NCBI GenBank assembly: GCA_963704755.1
Contig: OY969938.1
Location: 3,840,001 to 3,872,000, forward strand
DNA: 32,000 nucleotides
Direction: 5' to 3'
From: an uncultured Chloroflexia bacterium
Lineage (GTDB): Bacteria; Chloroflexota; Anaerolineae; Anaerolineales; Anaerolineaceae
Made by a program: the position numbers and the translations under genes. Shown one piece after another: positions 1 through 10,014 of the stretch (positions are counted from its first letter, which is position 1; each line of letters starts with the position of its first letter). The notes under the pieces were generated by a model. That model made no database searches. It worked only from the letters and a program-made list of their open reading frames with translations, and was not told the origin of the DNA.

Positions 1-1
1 G

Positions 2-370
2 GATGGCCTGAACGGCCAAATGAAACCGCTCAAGGGCAGCCATGTATTGGTCTTGGGGGCGGCTTACAAACCCGATATCGATGACCTGCGTGAGTCGCCG
101 GCCCTGGATGTAATCCACTTGCTGCGCGCAAAAGGCGCCCTGGTGGAATACCACGATCCCTACGTTGCCAGCCTGATTTCTGATGATATCGTGATGAAAT
201 CGGTCCCCGATTTGATGACAGCGGTCCGGGATGCGGATTGTGTGGTGATTGTAACCAACCACAAAAAATACGATTACAATGCCATTTTGGAAAATGCTCG
301 TTTGGTTATTGATACTCGAAATGCCCTGGGTAAACAAGGGCGGGACAATCCCAAAGTTGTGAGGCTGTAG
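2..370 (+). CDS. Nucleotide-sugar dehydrogenase (UDP-glucose/GDP-mannose dehydrogenase family), C-terminal fragment; 5-prime end lies outside the window
   Basis: The frame is open from base 2 (DGLNGQ precedes the first Met). VLVLGAAYKPDIDDLRESPALDV...YHDPY matches the C-terminal UDP-binding domain pattern of this family. Stop TAG at 368-370. Confidence 0.8.
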   Translation, partial: DGLNGQMKPLKGSHVLVLGAAYKPDIDDLRESPALDVIHLLRAKGALVEYHDPYVASLISDDIVMKSVPDLMTAVRDADCVVIVTNHKKYDYNAILENARLVIDTRNALGKQGRDNPKVVRL

Positions 371-372
371 TT

Positions 373-1353
373 ATGGCAGGAAATTATCTCGTAACCGGCG
401 CCGCCGGTTTTATCGGCTCGCGGGTCTGTGAAATGCTGCTTGAATCCGGGAACAAAGTGACCGGAGTGGATAATCTATGTGATGCATACGATGTGCGCAT
501 CAAGCACTGGCGCCTGGAGCAGCTACGCGGGCAAAAGGATTTCCGCTTTTTGCGGGCCGATATTGCTGACCGGAGTTTGTTGGATGATCTTTCCAACTCC
601 CCCGAGAAATACGATGGGGTGATCAACCTGGCTGCACGGGCCGGGGTACGCGCTTCGGTGGAAAACCCGTGGGAGTTTATCAATACCAACACCACCGGTA
701 CCCTCAATTTGTTGGAACTTTGCCGGCGGCGGGATATTCCCAAGTTTATCCTGGCTTCCACATCCAGTATCTATGGGCAGGATGCGCCTCTACCCACCGA
801 CGAAACGGCCTCCAGTGACCGGCCGCTCCAGCCTTACGCAGCCACGAAAAAAGGCGCCGAGGCCATGTGCCACGCCTACCATTTCCTCTATGATCTGGAT
901 GTGACTGTGTTCCGTTTCTTTACGGTCTATGGGCCGGCCGGCCGGCCGGATATGGTCATGTTCCGCTTCGCGCAATGGATCAACGAAGGGCGGCCGGTGC
1001 ATTTGAATGGCGACGGCAACCAGACCCGTGGGTTTACCTACGTGGATGATATCGCCCGGGGTACCATTGCCGGCCTGCGCCCGTTGGGATATGAGATTAT
1101 CAACCTGGGCGGGCATGAAGTGATCAGCATCAACGAAATGATTGCCCGCCTGGAAAACCTGATCGGCAAAAAAGCGAATGTGGTGTATCACCCGCCGGTC
1201 AAAGCCGATATGTTAACCAATCAGGCTGATGTCAGCAAAGCGCGCAGGCTGTTGGATTGGGCGCCGCAAGTCGGTATGGACGAGGGGATGAAACGTCTGG
1301 TGGATTGGTACCTGGCCGAACGCGAATGGGCGCGCCAGGTGATCACTGAATGA
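373..1353 (+). CDS. NAD-dependent epimerase/dehydratase, UDP-glucuronate 4-epimerase-like extended SDR
   Basis: 326 aa. It has the Rossmann motif GAAGFIGS, the catalytic YAATKKGAE (YxxxK) and the block RFFTVYGPAGRPDM typical of UDP-uronate 4-epimerases. The ATG lies 3 nt after the upstream stop. Confidence 0.85.
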   Translation: MAGNYLVTGAAGFIGSRVCEMLLESGNKVTGVDNLCDAYDVRIKHWRLEQLRGQKDFRFLRADIADRSLLDDLSNSPEKYDGVINLAARAGVRASVENPWEFINTNTTGTLNLLELCRRRDIPKFILASTSSIYGQDAPLPTDETASSDRPLQPYAATKKGAEAMCHAYHFLYDLDVTVFRFFTVYGPAGRPDMVMFRFAQWINEGRPVHLNGDGNQTRGFTYVDDIARGTIAGLRPLGYEIINLGGHEVISINEMIARLENLIGKKANVVYHPPVKADMLTNQADVSKARRLLDWAPQVGMDEGMKRLVDWYLAEREWARQVITE

Positions 1354-2699
1354 AAATTAGTCCGGCCTGGTGGAAGGAATGGCGAGAAGACTCGGTGTTG
1401 CGCAGGGTACTGCGTAACACCGGTTATATGTTAAGCGGAAATGTCCTCACCACCGGGATGGCGGCCGTACAGAGCATTCTGGCCGCCAGAATTTTGGGCA
1501 CAGAGATGTTCGGCGTCCTGGGTATTGTGACCAGCTTTGCCAGTACGATCAATCGCCTCTTTTCATTTCGTATGGGCGAGATGGTGGTCAAATACCTGGG
1601 CGCAGCGCTGGCCGAGGATGAGAAGGAGAGAGGCGCAGCGATTGTCAAGCTGGCCGGCCTGGCCGAGGGGATCACTTCGATCATTACCTTCGTCGCCCTG
1701 GTCCTCCTGGCACCTTTAGCGGCCCGCTTCCTGGCCAAAGATATCTCCTATAGAGATATTTTTATCTTTTATGGCATCTTCATCCTGGGCAATATCGTCA
1801 ATGAGACTTCTACCGGCATCTTGCAGGTAGGCGGCCATTTCCGCAGCCAGGCGGCCCTAAACGTGGGCAGCAGTGTGCTGACCCTGGCCATTACAATCAT
1901 CGCGATGATTTCCGGCAGCGGATTGTCGTTGATCGTCACGGCCTACCTGTGCGGCAAGTTGGTCGTCGGAGTTGGCATTATGGTCCTGGCCTGGGTCCGC
2001 ATCGAACAGATCTTAGGCAAAGGCTGGTGGCAGGTTTCTTTTTCCCATTTGCCGCCGCTGCGTGAACTGGCCCGGTTTGGTATCAGCACCAATATCAGCC
2101 AGACGGTGATTATGCTGGTGCGTGACAGCGAGTTGTTGTGGATCTCATTCTTCCTTTCCCCATTGGAAGCCGGCTATTACAAGACTGCCCAGGCGCTGGT
2201 CAATGTGGTATTGATCCCCACCTCGCTGTTTATCGGCACTACCTTCCCTGAAATTGCTAAAACAACCGCTGAACAGAGCTGGAAGCGGCTTAAATCACTG
2301 CTGCGCCACATAACCACCATCACGTTGAGTATGACGGTGGCCATTGGGCTGTTCGTGGCCCTGTTTGGCAATTTCCTGCTCCTGTTTTACGGGGTAGAAT
2401 ATTTACCGGCCTTCCCGGCAGTGCTGGTGTTGCTGGTCGGGCTGGGCTTTTCGAATGTCTTTTTCTGGAACCGGCCCTTGCTGCTTTCGCTGGGCATGCC
2501 GGAAGTGCCTTTTCGGATGAGCCTGTTATTTGGGGTAGCCAAAATCGGGCTGGCGTTTGTGCTGGTGCCCAGGTTTGGCTTTGTCATGGAAGCTGTCTTG
2601 CTCACCCTGTTTTCGATCTTTTCCGTTGGTTTGATCGTCATCCGCGGTTTGCGTGAGGTTCGCCGGCGCGAGCGGGTGACTTTAGGAGCGGCGTTGTGA
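1350..2699 (+). CDS. Polysaccharide flippase, Wzx/MOP-superfamily-like polytopic membrane protein
   Basis: 449 aa and hydrophobic throughout, with many TM-like segments. Its ATGA start/stop overlaps the epimerase gene (1350-1353), and it sits in a glycan-cluster context. Confidence 0.7.
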   Translation: MKISPAWWKEWREDSVLRRVLRNTGYMLSGNVLTTGMAAVQSILAARILGTEMFGVLGIVTSFASTINRLFSFRMGEMVVKYLGAALAEDEKERGAAIVKLAGLAEGITSIITFVALVLLAPLAARFLAKDISYRDIFIFYGIFILGNIVNETSTGILQVGGHFRSQAALNVGSSVLTLAITIIAMISGSGLSLIVTAYLCGKLVVGVGIMVLAWVRIEQILGKGWWQVSFSHLPPLRELARFGISTNISQTVIMLVRDSELLWISFFLSPLEAGYYKTAQALVNVVLIPTSLFIGTTFPEIAKTTAEQSWKRLKSLLRHITTITLSMTVAIGLFVALFGNFLLLFYGVEYLPAFPAVLVLLVGLGFSNVFFWNRPLLLSLGMPEVPFRMSLLFGVAKIGLAFVLVPRFGFVMEAVLLTLFSIFSVGLIVIRGLREVRRRERVTLGAAL

Positions 2700-3826
2700 G
2701 AATTGCAAGCATCACCACCTCGACCATGCCGACCAGTACGGCCCACAGTATTCAGGCTGCTAAAGTAACCCAGGCCCTGGCTCAAGTCAATGACGGCCCG
2801 GTACATCTTTGGGTGCCCGGAAAAGGGCGGACCTCCTGGGAGCGGATGGCGAGTAACTATGGCCTGTCCACTTCGTTCGGGATCGGTTGGCTGCCGGCTA
2901 ACCGGCCCTGGAGACGATACGACTTTACCCTGGAAGCCCTGGAGGCGGCCAGGAAATGGAAAGCGGACATGATTTACACCTGGACGATCCAGGTGGCAGC
3001 TTTAGCGACCTTGCGCGGCATCCCTACTATATTAGAGATGCACGATGTGCCTACCGGCCGGTTGGGACCCTGGCTGTTCCTGCGCTATATCCGCAGTCAT
3101 GCGCCTTACCGGATGTTGTGTACCACCCGCGCGCTGCGGGCGAAACTGGAAGAAACGCTTGGTTTTAGCCTGATGGAACAAAAAGTGCGCATCGCCCCGA
3201 ACGGTACGGACATGGCCCGATATGCCGGCCTGCCCTGTGCCGCCGATGCCCGCCGACAACTTGGGTTGCAGGATAACCCCACGGTGGTTTATACCGGCCA
3301 TTTCTATTCCGGCCGGGGCATGGACCTGCTGCTGGACCTGGCCCATGCTTTCCCATCGGTATCCTTTTTGTGGGTCGGCGGAAAGCCCAGGGACGTGGAT
3401 CCCTGGCGCGACCGGCTCAAAGAGGCCGGCCTGGGCAACGTGACCATCACCGGGTTCATCGAAAACGACCGCCTGCCGCTTTACCAGGCCGCGGCCGATG
3501 TATTGGTGATGCCCTATAACCAGGCTGTTTCTGGATCGGGTGGTGGTAATATTGTGGAAGTATTCAATCCGATGAAAATGTTCGACTACCTGGCTACCGG
3601 TAGGGCCATCCTTTCCAGTGACCTGCCCGTTTTGCACGAAGTCCTCAACGCAGGCAACGCCGAATTTGCCCGCCCGGGTGATTCACAGGAATGGATCGAG
3701 GCCCTGGGCGGCTTGCTGGCCGATCCGCTCCGGCGGGAAAAGTTAGGGGGGCAGGCCAGGCAAGATGCTGCTCAATACGATTGGCAGGTACGGGCCAAAA
3801 CTGCCCTGGCCCAATTTCCCTCCTGA
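2696..3826 (+). CDS. Glycosyltransferase family 4 (GT-B fold)
   Basis: 376 aa. The GTG start lies in a GTGA overlap with the flippase stop (2696-2699). It has the MRIASITT N-terminus typical of GT4 enzymes and a C-terminal donor-binding-like block (VLVMPYNQ...NPMKMFDYLATGRAILSSDLP). Confidence 0.8.
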   Translation: MRIASITTSTMPTSTAHSIQAAKVTQALAQVNDGPVHLWVPGKGRTSWERMASNYGLSTSFGIGWLPANRPWRRYDFTLEALEAARKWKADMIYTWTIQVAALATLRGIPTILEMHDVPTGRLGPWLFLRYIRSHAPYRMLCTTRALRAKLEETLGFSLMEQKVRIAPNGTDMARYAGLPCAADARRQLGLQDNPTVVYTGHFYSGRGMDLLLDLAHAFPSVSFLWVGGKPRDVDPWRDRLKEAGLGNVTITGFIENDRLPLYQAAADVLVMPYNQAVSGSGGGNIVEVFNPMKMFDYLATGRAILSSDLPVLHEVLNAGNAEFARPGDSQEWIEALGGLLADPLRREKLGGQARQDAAQYDWQVRAKTALAQFPS

Positions 3827-3852
3827 AAGTATCTTTAAGCCGGAGATCGCAC

Positions 3853-6800
3853 ATGGGTCGTAAACTCACGATCATAGGCGCAGGCGCTATCCTGCTGGGC
3901 GCCGGGTTAGCTACGCTTGGGCCCGGCTTGTTTTTGCAGGGCTGGCTGGCTGCCGCCGTCCTATTGCTGGTCAGCTTCTATTTGCTTTTCTTTGCCTGGC
4001 GCTGGGCCGGCGGGGGCCGTGGATTGGCCTGGCAGACGGGACTGGCCTTTGCGCTGCGCCTGGCGATTGGCGTGGGGTTGTGGCTGGCCCTGCCGCACCT
4101 CGGTTTCAGCGATTCGGCGGTCAACCAGGCCGGATATTCTTACCTGGATGCGTATAGCCGGGACGGCCAGGCCTGGAACCTGGCTATTTCTGGCCAGCCC
4201 TTGTGGGCCGCTTTTACCAGCCAGTTTTCTACCGACCAGTATGGCGGCTTGTTGAGCCTGAGCGCCCTGATTTACCGGGTTTTGAGCCCGGACGCCCAAC
4301 GACCCTGGCTGATCCTGATTGTGACGGCTTTCTTCGCCGCGCTAGGCGTGCCTTTCTTGCGCAAAGCCTTGGCGGACAAGTTCGGCGATAAAGTCACCAA
4401 TCTGGCGGTGTGGATTTTTGCGCTCTACCCCGAAAGCCTGCTGCTGGGTGGCTCGCAAATGCGCGAGCCGATCTTGATCGGGTTGACTGCTATTGGGCTA
4501 TGGACGGTGGGGGAGTGGCGTCGCTTGAGGTGGAAGTCATTGGCCCTGGTGGGCGTTGTTGGGGTGGTCATGCTGACCTTTTCCTGGCTGGTGGCCGTGC
4601 CGATGCTGGCGGTCCTGTTCGTGTGGTGGTGGATCGATTTTTCGGCCCAACTGGAGAGCCGGCGGCTGCGTTGGGCGGGCTGGTCGGCAATTGGCCTGTT
4701 CGGCCTGATCGCCCTGGCCGGGATTGGGGCCTGGCTAAGTGAGTTGGCCCATTGGGACGCGCTGCTATCCTACCGCAACTCGGGCATGATCCAGGCGGTT
4801 TTCAACGCCATGCCGGACTTCCTCGAACGGCCGTTCCTGCTCATCTATGGGTTGCTTCAACCGGTTCTGCCGGCAGCCATCTTCGATCCTTCCGTGCCGA
4901 TCTGGACGGGTATTTCTACTTTCCGCGCCCTGGGCTGGTATGCCGTCCTGCCGCTGTTGATTTTTATTCCCTTCGTTTTGTCTTCGGCCGAGCCGGGCGT
5001 CAAGCGGCGCTGGTTGATCTGGTCCTTTGTGTTTTTTGCGGGCTGGGCGCTGCTTTCCTCCTTCCGCGCAGGCGGCGACGAATGGGATAACCCGCGTTAT
5101 CGAACCCTGGCGATGCCCTGGATGGCCCTGCTGGTGGCCTGGGGCTGGGTCGAGGCGCGCCAGGCCGCGTCCGCCTGGCTGAAACGGCTGTACCTGTGCG
5201 AGGGTATTTTCCTGGTCTTGTTCTCGGGCTGGTACATCAACCGCAGTTTTGCCCTCAAGCTGCCGATCTCATTCTGGGACGTGATTGGCGGGGGCGTGGT
5301 TCTGTGCGGGCTGGTTTTGGTCGTGGGCTGGCTCAGTGACACGCTCCGCGCACAGCGCTCTTCACCCGGGCAGATTCCACGGGTTGATCCTAAAACGATC
5401 CTGGCTTCCTTGCGGCTGATCTTTGCGATTTTTGGCCTGGTCAGCCTGGCCAGCCTGTTCTTGAAGCTGGCCTACCTGGGCAAGACCAAAGATTGGTTCG
5501 AATTCGTCCGCTATTACCACCATATCCTTCCGGCCATGGGGATCCTGTTGTCGTTGGTGGGATTAGCCCTGACTTATGTGTCGGAAGGCGCGGCGATTGC
5601 GGCGGTCACCGGCCGGCTGCTGGATTGGCTCCATCGCCATCGACTGGCGGGCCTGGGGTTAATGCTGGTGGCGGCGGTCCCACTGCCGTTTTTGGAGCTG
5701 GAAGATGCGATTGTCAAAATCCGGCCTTACCTGCCCGACCTGTGGATATTTGGCCTGTCCGTGTTATTGGGCGCCTTTGTGATCTGGTCACTGCGCCCGG
5801 CCAAGGGCATTCAACGTGGCCTGGTGCTTGCGCTGCTGCTCTACGGGGTAGCCTTTTTAGCCGCCATGCAGCTTCCGCGCATCACCAATTATCCCTTCTC
5901 GCTGAACTGGTCGGAGGGCAGCCGTATTTATGAGGCCTCGCAGGTTTATGCCCCCCTGGTATACGGTTACAGCCTGCCCTTACCGCTCCTCGACGTGGGT
6001 CGCGCGATTTTACAGGGGCTGCCTTTCCTGATCCCGAACCTGACCCTGGCCGTTCACCGGGCCTGGCTGGTGTTCCTGGAGCTGGGCTTCGCGCTGGCCA
6101 CCGTGATGTTGATCGCCCGGCGGATGCACATTCGCCGGCGCGGCGATCGGCTTATTTTTGTGCTGCTGGGATTGTTGTTTTTCTACCAGGGACCGATCTT
6201 CCCGCACCTGCTGCTGGTCACCTGGCTGGTACTGTGGCGCTTCGATCCGAAAAAACCCTGGCAGGCACTGATCTGGGTAGGGCTGTCTTCGTTATGGGCC
6301 GGGCTGACTCGCATCAACTGGTTCCCGGTCGCCGGCAGCCTGGCGGCATTGCTGTATTTCCTGGAAACCCCAATCAACGGCAAGAAATGGATAAATTACC
6401 TGCTGGCCCCGGCTGCCTACGTTCTGGCCGGTACGGCGATCGCCTTTGGTGTCTATTATGGCTACATCCACCTCTCCGGAAATCCGCTTTCGGAGTTTGG
6501 GACCAGTTTGAGCTCGACCATGATCTGGGCCCGGCTGTGGCCCAACCCGTCTTTCGGCCTGGGCATCCTGCCGGGCATCTTGCTGGCCGTCCTGCCGGGT
6601 ACGGCTCTGGTTCTGGCGCGGCTGGCGCGCGGGCGGGGCAGTTGGAATGGACTGCGTCTGGCGGGTGTGACGGCGCTGCTGCTGGTCTTCCTGGCCGGCG
6701 GGGTGATCGTCAGCCTCAAGATCGGCGGGGGCAATAATTTGCACAACCTGGATGCCTTCCTGATGCTCTTCCTGGTCGCGGGCGCATCTGTGCTGCTCGA

Positions 6801-7335
6801 CCGCTTTGCACCCGACCGGCCGGGCCAGATGGCGGCGTTGAACTGGTCGCCGGTCTGGTTGGCCCTGCTGGTGATGATCCCGGTGGGTTTCACTCTGGCT
6901 ACCCAGGATGCCCCTGCCCTGCCTTCGGCTAAAGAGACCCAGGCTTCATTGGCCTATTTGCAGCGAGCCATTACGCGGGCCAACAGCCGCAATGAGAGCA
7001 TCCTGTTTATGAGCGAGCGCCAGTTGATCGCTTTCCACCTGGTGCCGCCGGTGAAGGTCGAACCGCCCTACGAGCGGGTGGTCATTGCCGAGATGGCCAT
7101 GGCCGATGACCGGAGCTACCTGGACCAGTATGACGCCGACCTGGCCAGCCACCGTTATGGCATGATCATCGTCGAGCCGCTGCGGATCGTCTACCTGGAC
7201 GAGACGAAAGAAAATTTTGCCCAGGAAAACAACCGCTTCGTAAAGGATATCTTTAGCCCGCTCTCGCAGTATTACGTGACCGACCGGGTTCTGCGCGAGG
7301 TGAACGTCTCGGTGATGGTCCCACCCAGAAATTAA
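3853..7335 (+). CDS. Very large (1160 aa) polytopic membrane protein, GT-C-like glycosyltransferase/polymerase candidate with a soluble C-terminal domain
   Basis: The ORF track starts at 3691, but those 54 codons overlap the GT4 gene. The ATG at 3853 has GGAG about 7 nt upstream and opens with a TM segment (MGRKLTIIGAGAILLGAGLATLG). The protein has two long hydrophobic blocks separated by RAQRSSPGQIPRVDPK, then a roughly 150-aa hydrophilic tail. Function is inferred from topology and context only. Confidence 0.6.
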   Translation: MGRKLTIIGAGAILLGAGLATLGPGLFLQGWLAAAVLLLVSFYLLFFAWRWAGGGRGLAWQTGLAFALRLAIGVGLWLALPHLGFSDSAVNQAGYSYLDAYSRDGQAWNLAISGQPLWAAFTSQFSTDQYGGLLSLSALIYRVLSPDAQRPWLILIVTAFFAALGVPFLRKALADKFGDKVTNLAVWIFALYPESLLLGGSQMREPILIGLTAIGLWTVGEWRRLRWKSLALVGVVGVVMLTFSWLVAVPMLAVLFVWWWIDFSAQLESRRLRWAGWSAIGLFGLIALAGIGAWLSELAHWDALLSYRNSGMIQAVFNAMPDFLERPFLLIYGLLQPVLPAAIFDPSVPIWTGISTFRALGWYAVLPLLIFIPFVLSSAEPGVKRRWLIWSFVFFAGWALLSSFRAGGDEWDNPRYRTLAMPWMALLVAWGWVEARQAASAWLKRLYLCEGIFLVLFSGWYINRSFALKLPISFWDVIGGGVVLCGLVLVVGWLSDTLRAQRSSPGQIPRVDPKTILASLRLIFAIFGLVSLASLFLKLAYLGKTKDWFEFVRYYHHILPAMGILLSLVGLALTYVSEGAAIAAVTGRLLDWLHRHRLAGLGLMLVAAVPLPFLELEDAIVKIRPYLPDLWIFGLSVLLGAFVIWSLRPAKGIQRGLVLALLLYGVAFLAAMQLPRITNYPFSLNWSEGSRIYEASQVYAPLVYGYSLPLPLLDVGRAILQGLPFLIPNLTLAVHRAWLVFLELGFALATVMLIARRMHIRRRGDRLIFVLLGLLFFYQGPIFPHLLLVTWLVLWRFDPKKPWQALIWVGLSSLWAGLTRINWFPVAGSLAALLYFLETPINGKKWINYLLAPAAYVLAGTAIAFGVYYGYIHLSGNPLSEFGTSLSSTMIWARLWPNPSFGLGILPGILLAVLPGTALVLARLARGRGSWNGLRLAGVTALLLVFLAGGVIVSLKIGGGNNLHNLDAFLMLFLVAGASVLLDRFAPDRPGQMAALNWSPVWLALLVMIPVGFTLATQDAPALPSAKETQASLAYLQRAITRANSRNESILFMSERQLIAFHLVPPVKVEPPYERVVIAEMAMADDRSYLDQYDADLASHRYGMIIVEPLRIVYLDETKENFAQENNRFVKDIFSPLSQYYVTDRVLREVNVSVMVPPRN

Positions 7336-7413
7336 GGTCTCGAATTCGAGTATTTCTTAGGCCGGCCCAGTGAATTCGCCTGACGCGGGATTTCCTTTGT
7401 ATAATAACTCTCA

Positions 7414-10014
7414 ATGGAATTCCCTGACGCTTCACTTATGAAAATCCGTGTTTTGGCTGCCGCCGTGTGGATTGCGCTGGAAGGCGCTGCGATGCTGGCG
7501 GCCGTGGCAGCGATCCCGGCTGAAGCCGAGAACGCCTTGTTGTTGGGCTATTCGGCCCAACGCCTGGCCTTGATGGCAATGATCGCCCTGCCGGCCCTGG
7601 CAGTGCTGGTTGTAGGGCTGTATGGGCTGTTGAACCCGGCCTGGTCCGCACGCCTCTACCGGCTGGCGTTGAGCCGTCCGTTTAGCCGGGCCGCGGGCCG
7701 GGTTGGCTGCATCGCTGCGATCGTTTTTGGCGCGGCTGCCCTGCTCACCCCCGGCTGGTTTAGCCGCTGGGCGGCTTATTTTGAGCGCTTGCAGCCTTTG
7801 CTGGTTTGGGCCGCGTTATTAGGCCTGGACGCCTGGGCGCTCAGCCTGACGACGGATTGGCCCGACCGCAAGCGCCACTTTTCTCTCGGGCTGCAAACGC
7901 AGCGGCGTGTGTTGATCACCAGCGCCATCGGGCTGGCCGTATTCCTGGTTGCCTGGCTGTCCATAGCCTTGAGCGGTCTGGGGCTGACCCCCGATACGAT
8001 GTTTTGGAACGAGGCCGGTGTGCCCCTGCTGGGGATCCAGGTACTGGCCTGCCTGGCGGTCACTTATGCGGCCGGGAGCCTGCTCTCGAAGGCCAATTCC
8101 GTGCGAGTGGATATTTTGGTGGCGGTGGGCGTTTGGCTGCTGGCCTGCGGGCTGTGGTGGGCTACCCCGGCCGTACATTCGTACTTTGCCCCGAACCCAA
8201 CCCCACCTAACAACGTGATTTACCCGTATTCGGATGCCGCGGTTTACGATGTCAGCGCCCAATACTTGCTGATGGGGCGCGGGATCGGCACGGTCTTTTT
8301 CCAGGATAAGCCCCTGTACGTCTTGATCCTGGCCGGGCTGCGGGCTATCGCCGGCCAGTCTTACGATACGACCATTTTGCTGCAAGTCGCCTTGCTGGCG
8401 ATTATGCCGGTAGGGATGTATTTCCTGGGGAAAACAATCGCCAACCGGCCGGCCGGTCTGCTGCTGGCCCTGTTGGCTGTTTTCCAGCAGCGCAATTCGC
8501 TGGCAGCGACCCCCTTCATCCAGGTCTCCAATTCGAAACTGCTTTTAACCGAGTACCCCGCGGCGACGGCGCTGGTGTTTGCTACCCTGGCGGCTTTCAT
8601 CTGGCTGCGCTCGCCCCTGGGCCGGCCGCAGCGGGCCGTATTGAGCGGGGGAGTATTCAGCCTGGCCGTCCTGATCCGCCCGAACGCCTTCCTGCCGCTG
8701 CTGGTCTTTGGGCTGGTTATTCTGGCTGTGTTTTGGCGGAATTGGAAACGTTTCTTTGTCGCGGCGGCCCTTTTTGGAGGCGCCGTTCTGTTGACTACGG
8801 TCCCCTGGCTGATGCGCATCCAGCCCGGTTTCGACGAGCCTTACCTGGTGGAAAAACTGCGCGCTATCTGGCAGACCCGCTATGCGCCCCAACCGCAAAG
8901 CCAGATCGAGGTCCCTTCGGCGGACGGCGGGAGCATCAAGCTGGCGTCTTTATCTGCTGCGGATGCGGCCAGCCTGCCCGCCCAGGTACAGGAATCGACC
9001 CCTTCCTGGCAATTTATCCCGGCTCACTTTTTACATAACGAAATTATGGCCTTGATGACCTTACCGGGTACTTTTTCCTTGCAGACCGTCCCTGAGACGG
9101 TCCAGGCGCCACAGTGGAGTTCGATCAACAACTGGTATGGTGCCCTGCCGTTTGGCTCGCTGGTGATGCTCCTGGTAGACCTGGGGCTGGTTGCAGCCGG
9201 GGCAGGCTATAGCTGGTGGCGCTGGCGTTTCGCCGGGCTGGTCCCGGCGGTGCTGCAGGTGAGCTATTACCTGGCCAATGGCATCTCGCGCAATTCAGGC
9301 GCGCGTTACCTGGTGCCGGTGGACTGGGTTTTCCCTTTGTATTATGGCCTGGGCCTGCTGTTGGTGGTTACCTGGCTGGCGCCATTGCTGGCCCCGGCCG
9401 GCTGGCCGGGCGGCCCGCTTGCATTCGAGAAGGGTGTGGTCGATGACTCACCGGCGGCCGGCCGCAAGACCTGGCTGAAGGCGGCCGCATTGGCCGGGCT
9501 CTTCCTGGTAATTGGCCTGGGATTAACCTTCTCGGACCGGCTGGTCCCGGACCAGCCGCTGCCGAAGGATAACGCGACTGTGATGCAAATCTTGCAAAAA
9601 GACAACGTGCTGAATCTGGACGATCAACAATTGAAGGCTTTCTTGGCGAGCGATGCCTCGATTGCCCGCATTGGACGCGGGCTGTACCCACGCTATTTTT
9701 GGAAGGACGTCGGTGAGCCTATACCAGGTGGCCTGGCCAATGCAGATGCTTTCCCCTTGGCGGCCAGGCATTACGCCCGCTTTACCCTGGCGCTGCTGGC
9801 CCCGGAGAACTGGTATACGGCCGTCCTGCCGTACTACGATTACTCGCTGACCACTTTCCCGGATGGGGCCGATGTTGCCGTGGTCGGCTGCAAGACAGGC
9901 GAAGGGACGACGATCGACGCTTTTCTGGTAGCCGTGCTGAGCGACCCGCCCCAGATCTACACGCGGGTGCCGGAGGCTGCCATGACCTGCCCGGTGGCCG
10001 ACCCGGGGTCCTGA
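7414..10014 (+). CDS. Large (866 aa) polytopic membrane protein, GT-C/ArnT-PMT-like glycosyltransferase candidate
   Basis: It has many hydrophobic helices. The loop motif YPYSDAAVYDVSAQYLLMGRG resembles the acidic first-loop motif of GT-C enzymes. The C-terminal third is hydrophilic. An alternative ATG lies at 7438 (MKIRVL...). Confidence 0.65.
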   Translation: MEFPDASLMKIRVLAAAVWIALEGAAMLAAVAAIPAEAENALLLGYSAQRLALMAMIALPALAVLVVGLYGLLNPAWSARLYRLALSRPFSRAAGRVGCIAAIVFGAAALLTPGWFSRWAAYFERLQPLLVWAALLGLDAWALSLTTDWPDRKRHFSLGLQTQRRVLITSAIGLAVFLVAWLSIALSGLGLTPDTMFWNEAGVPLLGIQVLACLAVTYAAGSLLSKANSVRVDILVAVGVWLLACGLWWATPAVHSYFAPNPTPPNNVIYPYSDAAVYDVSAQYLLMGRGIGTVFFQDKPLYVLILAGLRAIAGQSYDTTILLQVALLAIMPVGMYFLGKTIANRPAGLLLALLAVFQQRNSLAATPFIQVSNSKLLLTEYPAATALVFATLAAFIWLRSPLGRPQRAVLSGGVFSLAVLIRPNAFLPLLVFGLVILAVFWRNWKRFFVAAALFGGAVLLTTVPWLMRIQPGFDEPYLVEKLRAIWQTRYAPQPQSQIEVPSADGGSIKLASLSAADAASLPAQVQESTPSWQFIPAHFLHNEIMALMTLPGTFSLQTVPETVQAPQWSSINNWYGALPFGSLVMLLVDLGLVAAGAGYSWWRWRFAGLVPAVLQVSYYLANGISRNSGARYLVPVDWVFPLYYGLGLLLVVTWLAPLLAPAGWPGGPLAFEKGVVDDSPAAGRKTWLKAAALAGLFLVIGLGLTFSDRLVPDQPLPKDNATVMQILQKDNVLNLDDQQLKAFLASDASIARIGRGLYPRYFWKDVGEPIPGGLANADAFPLAARHYARFTLALLAPENWYTAVLPYYDYSLTTFPDGADVAVVGCKTGEGTTIDAFLVAVLSDPPQIYTRVPEAAMTCPVADPGS

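Noticed and set aside
3691-3852. Upstream extension of the 1160-aa membrane protein (ORF-track start at 3691)
   Set aside because: It overlaps the last 136 nt of the GT4 gene in another frame and encodes an Arg/Gly/Ala-rich, non-signal sequence. The ATG at 3853 has an RBS and begins with a TM helix.
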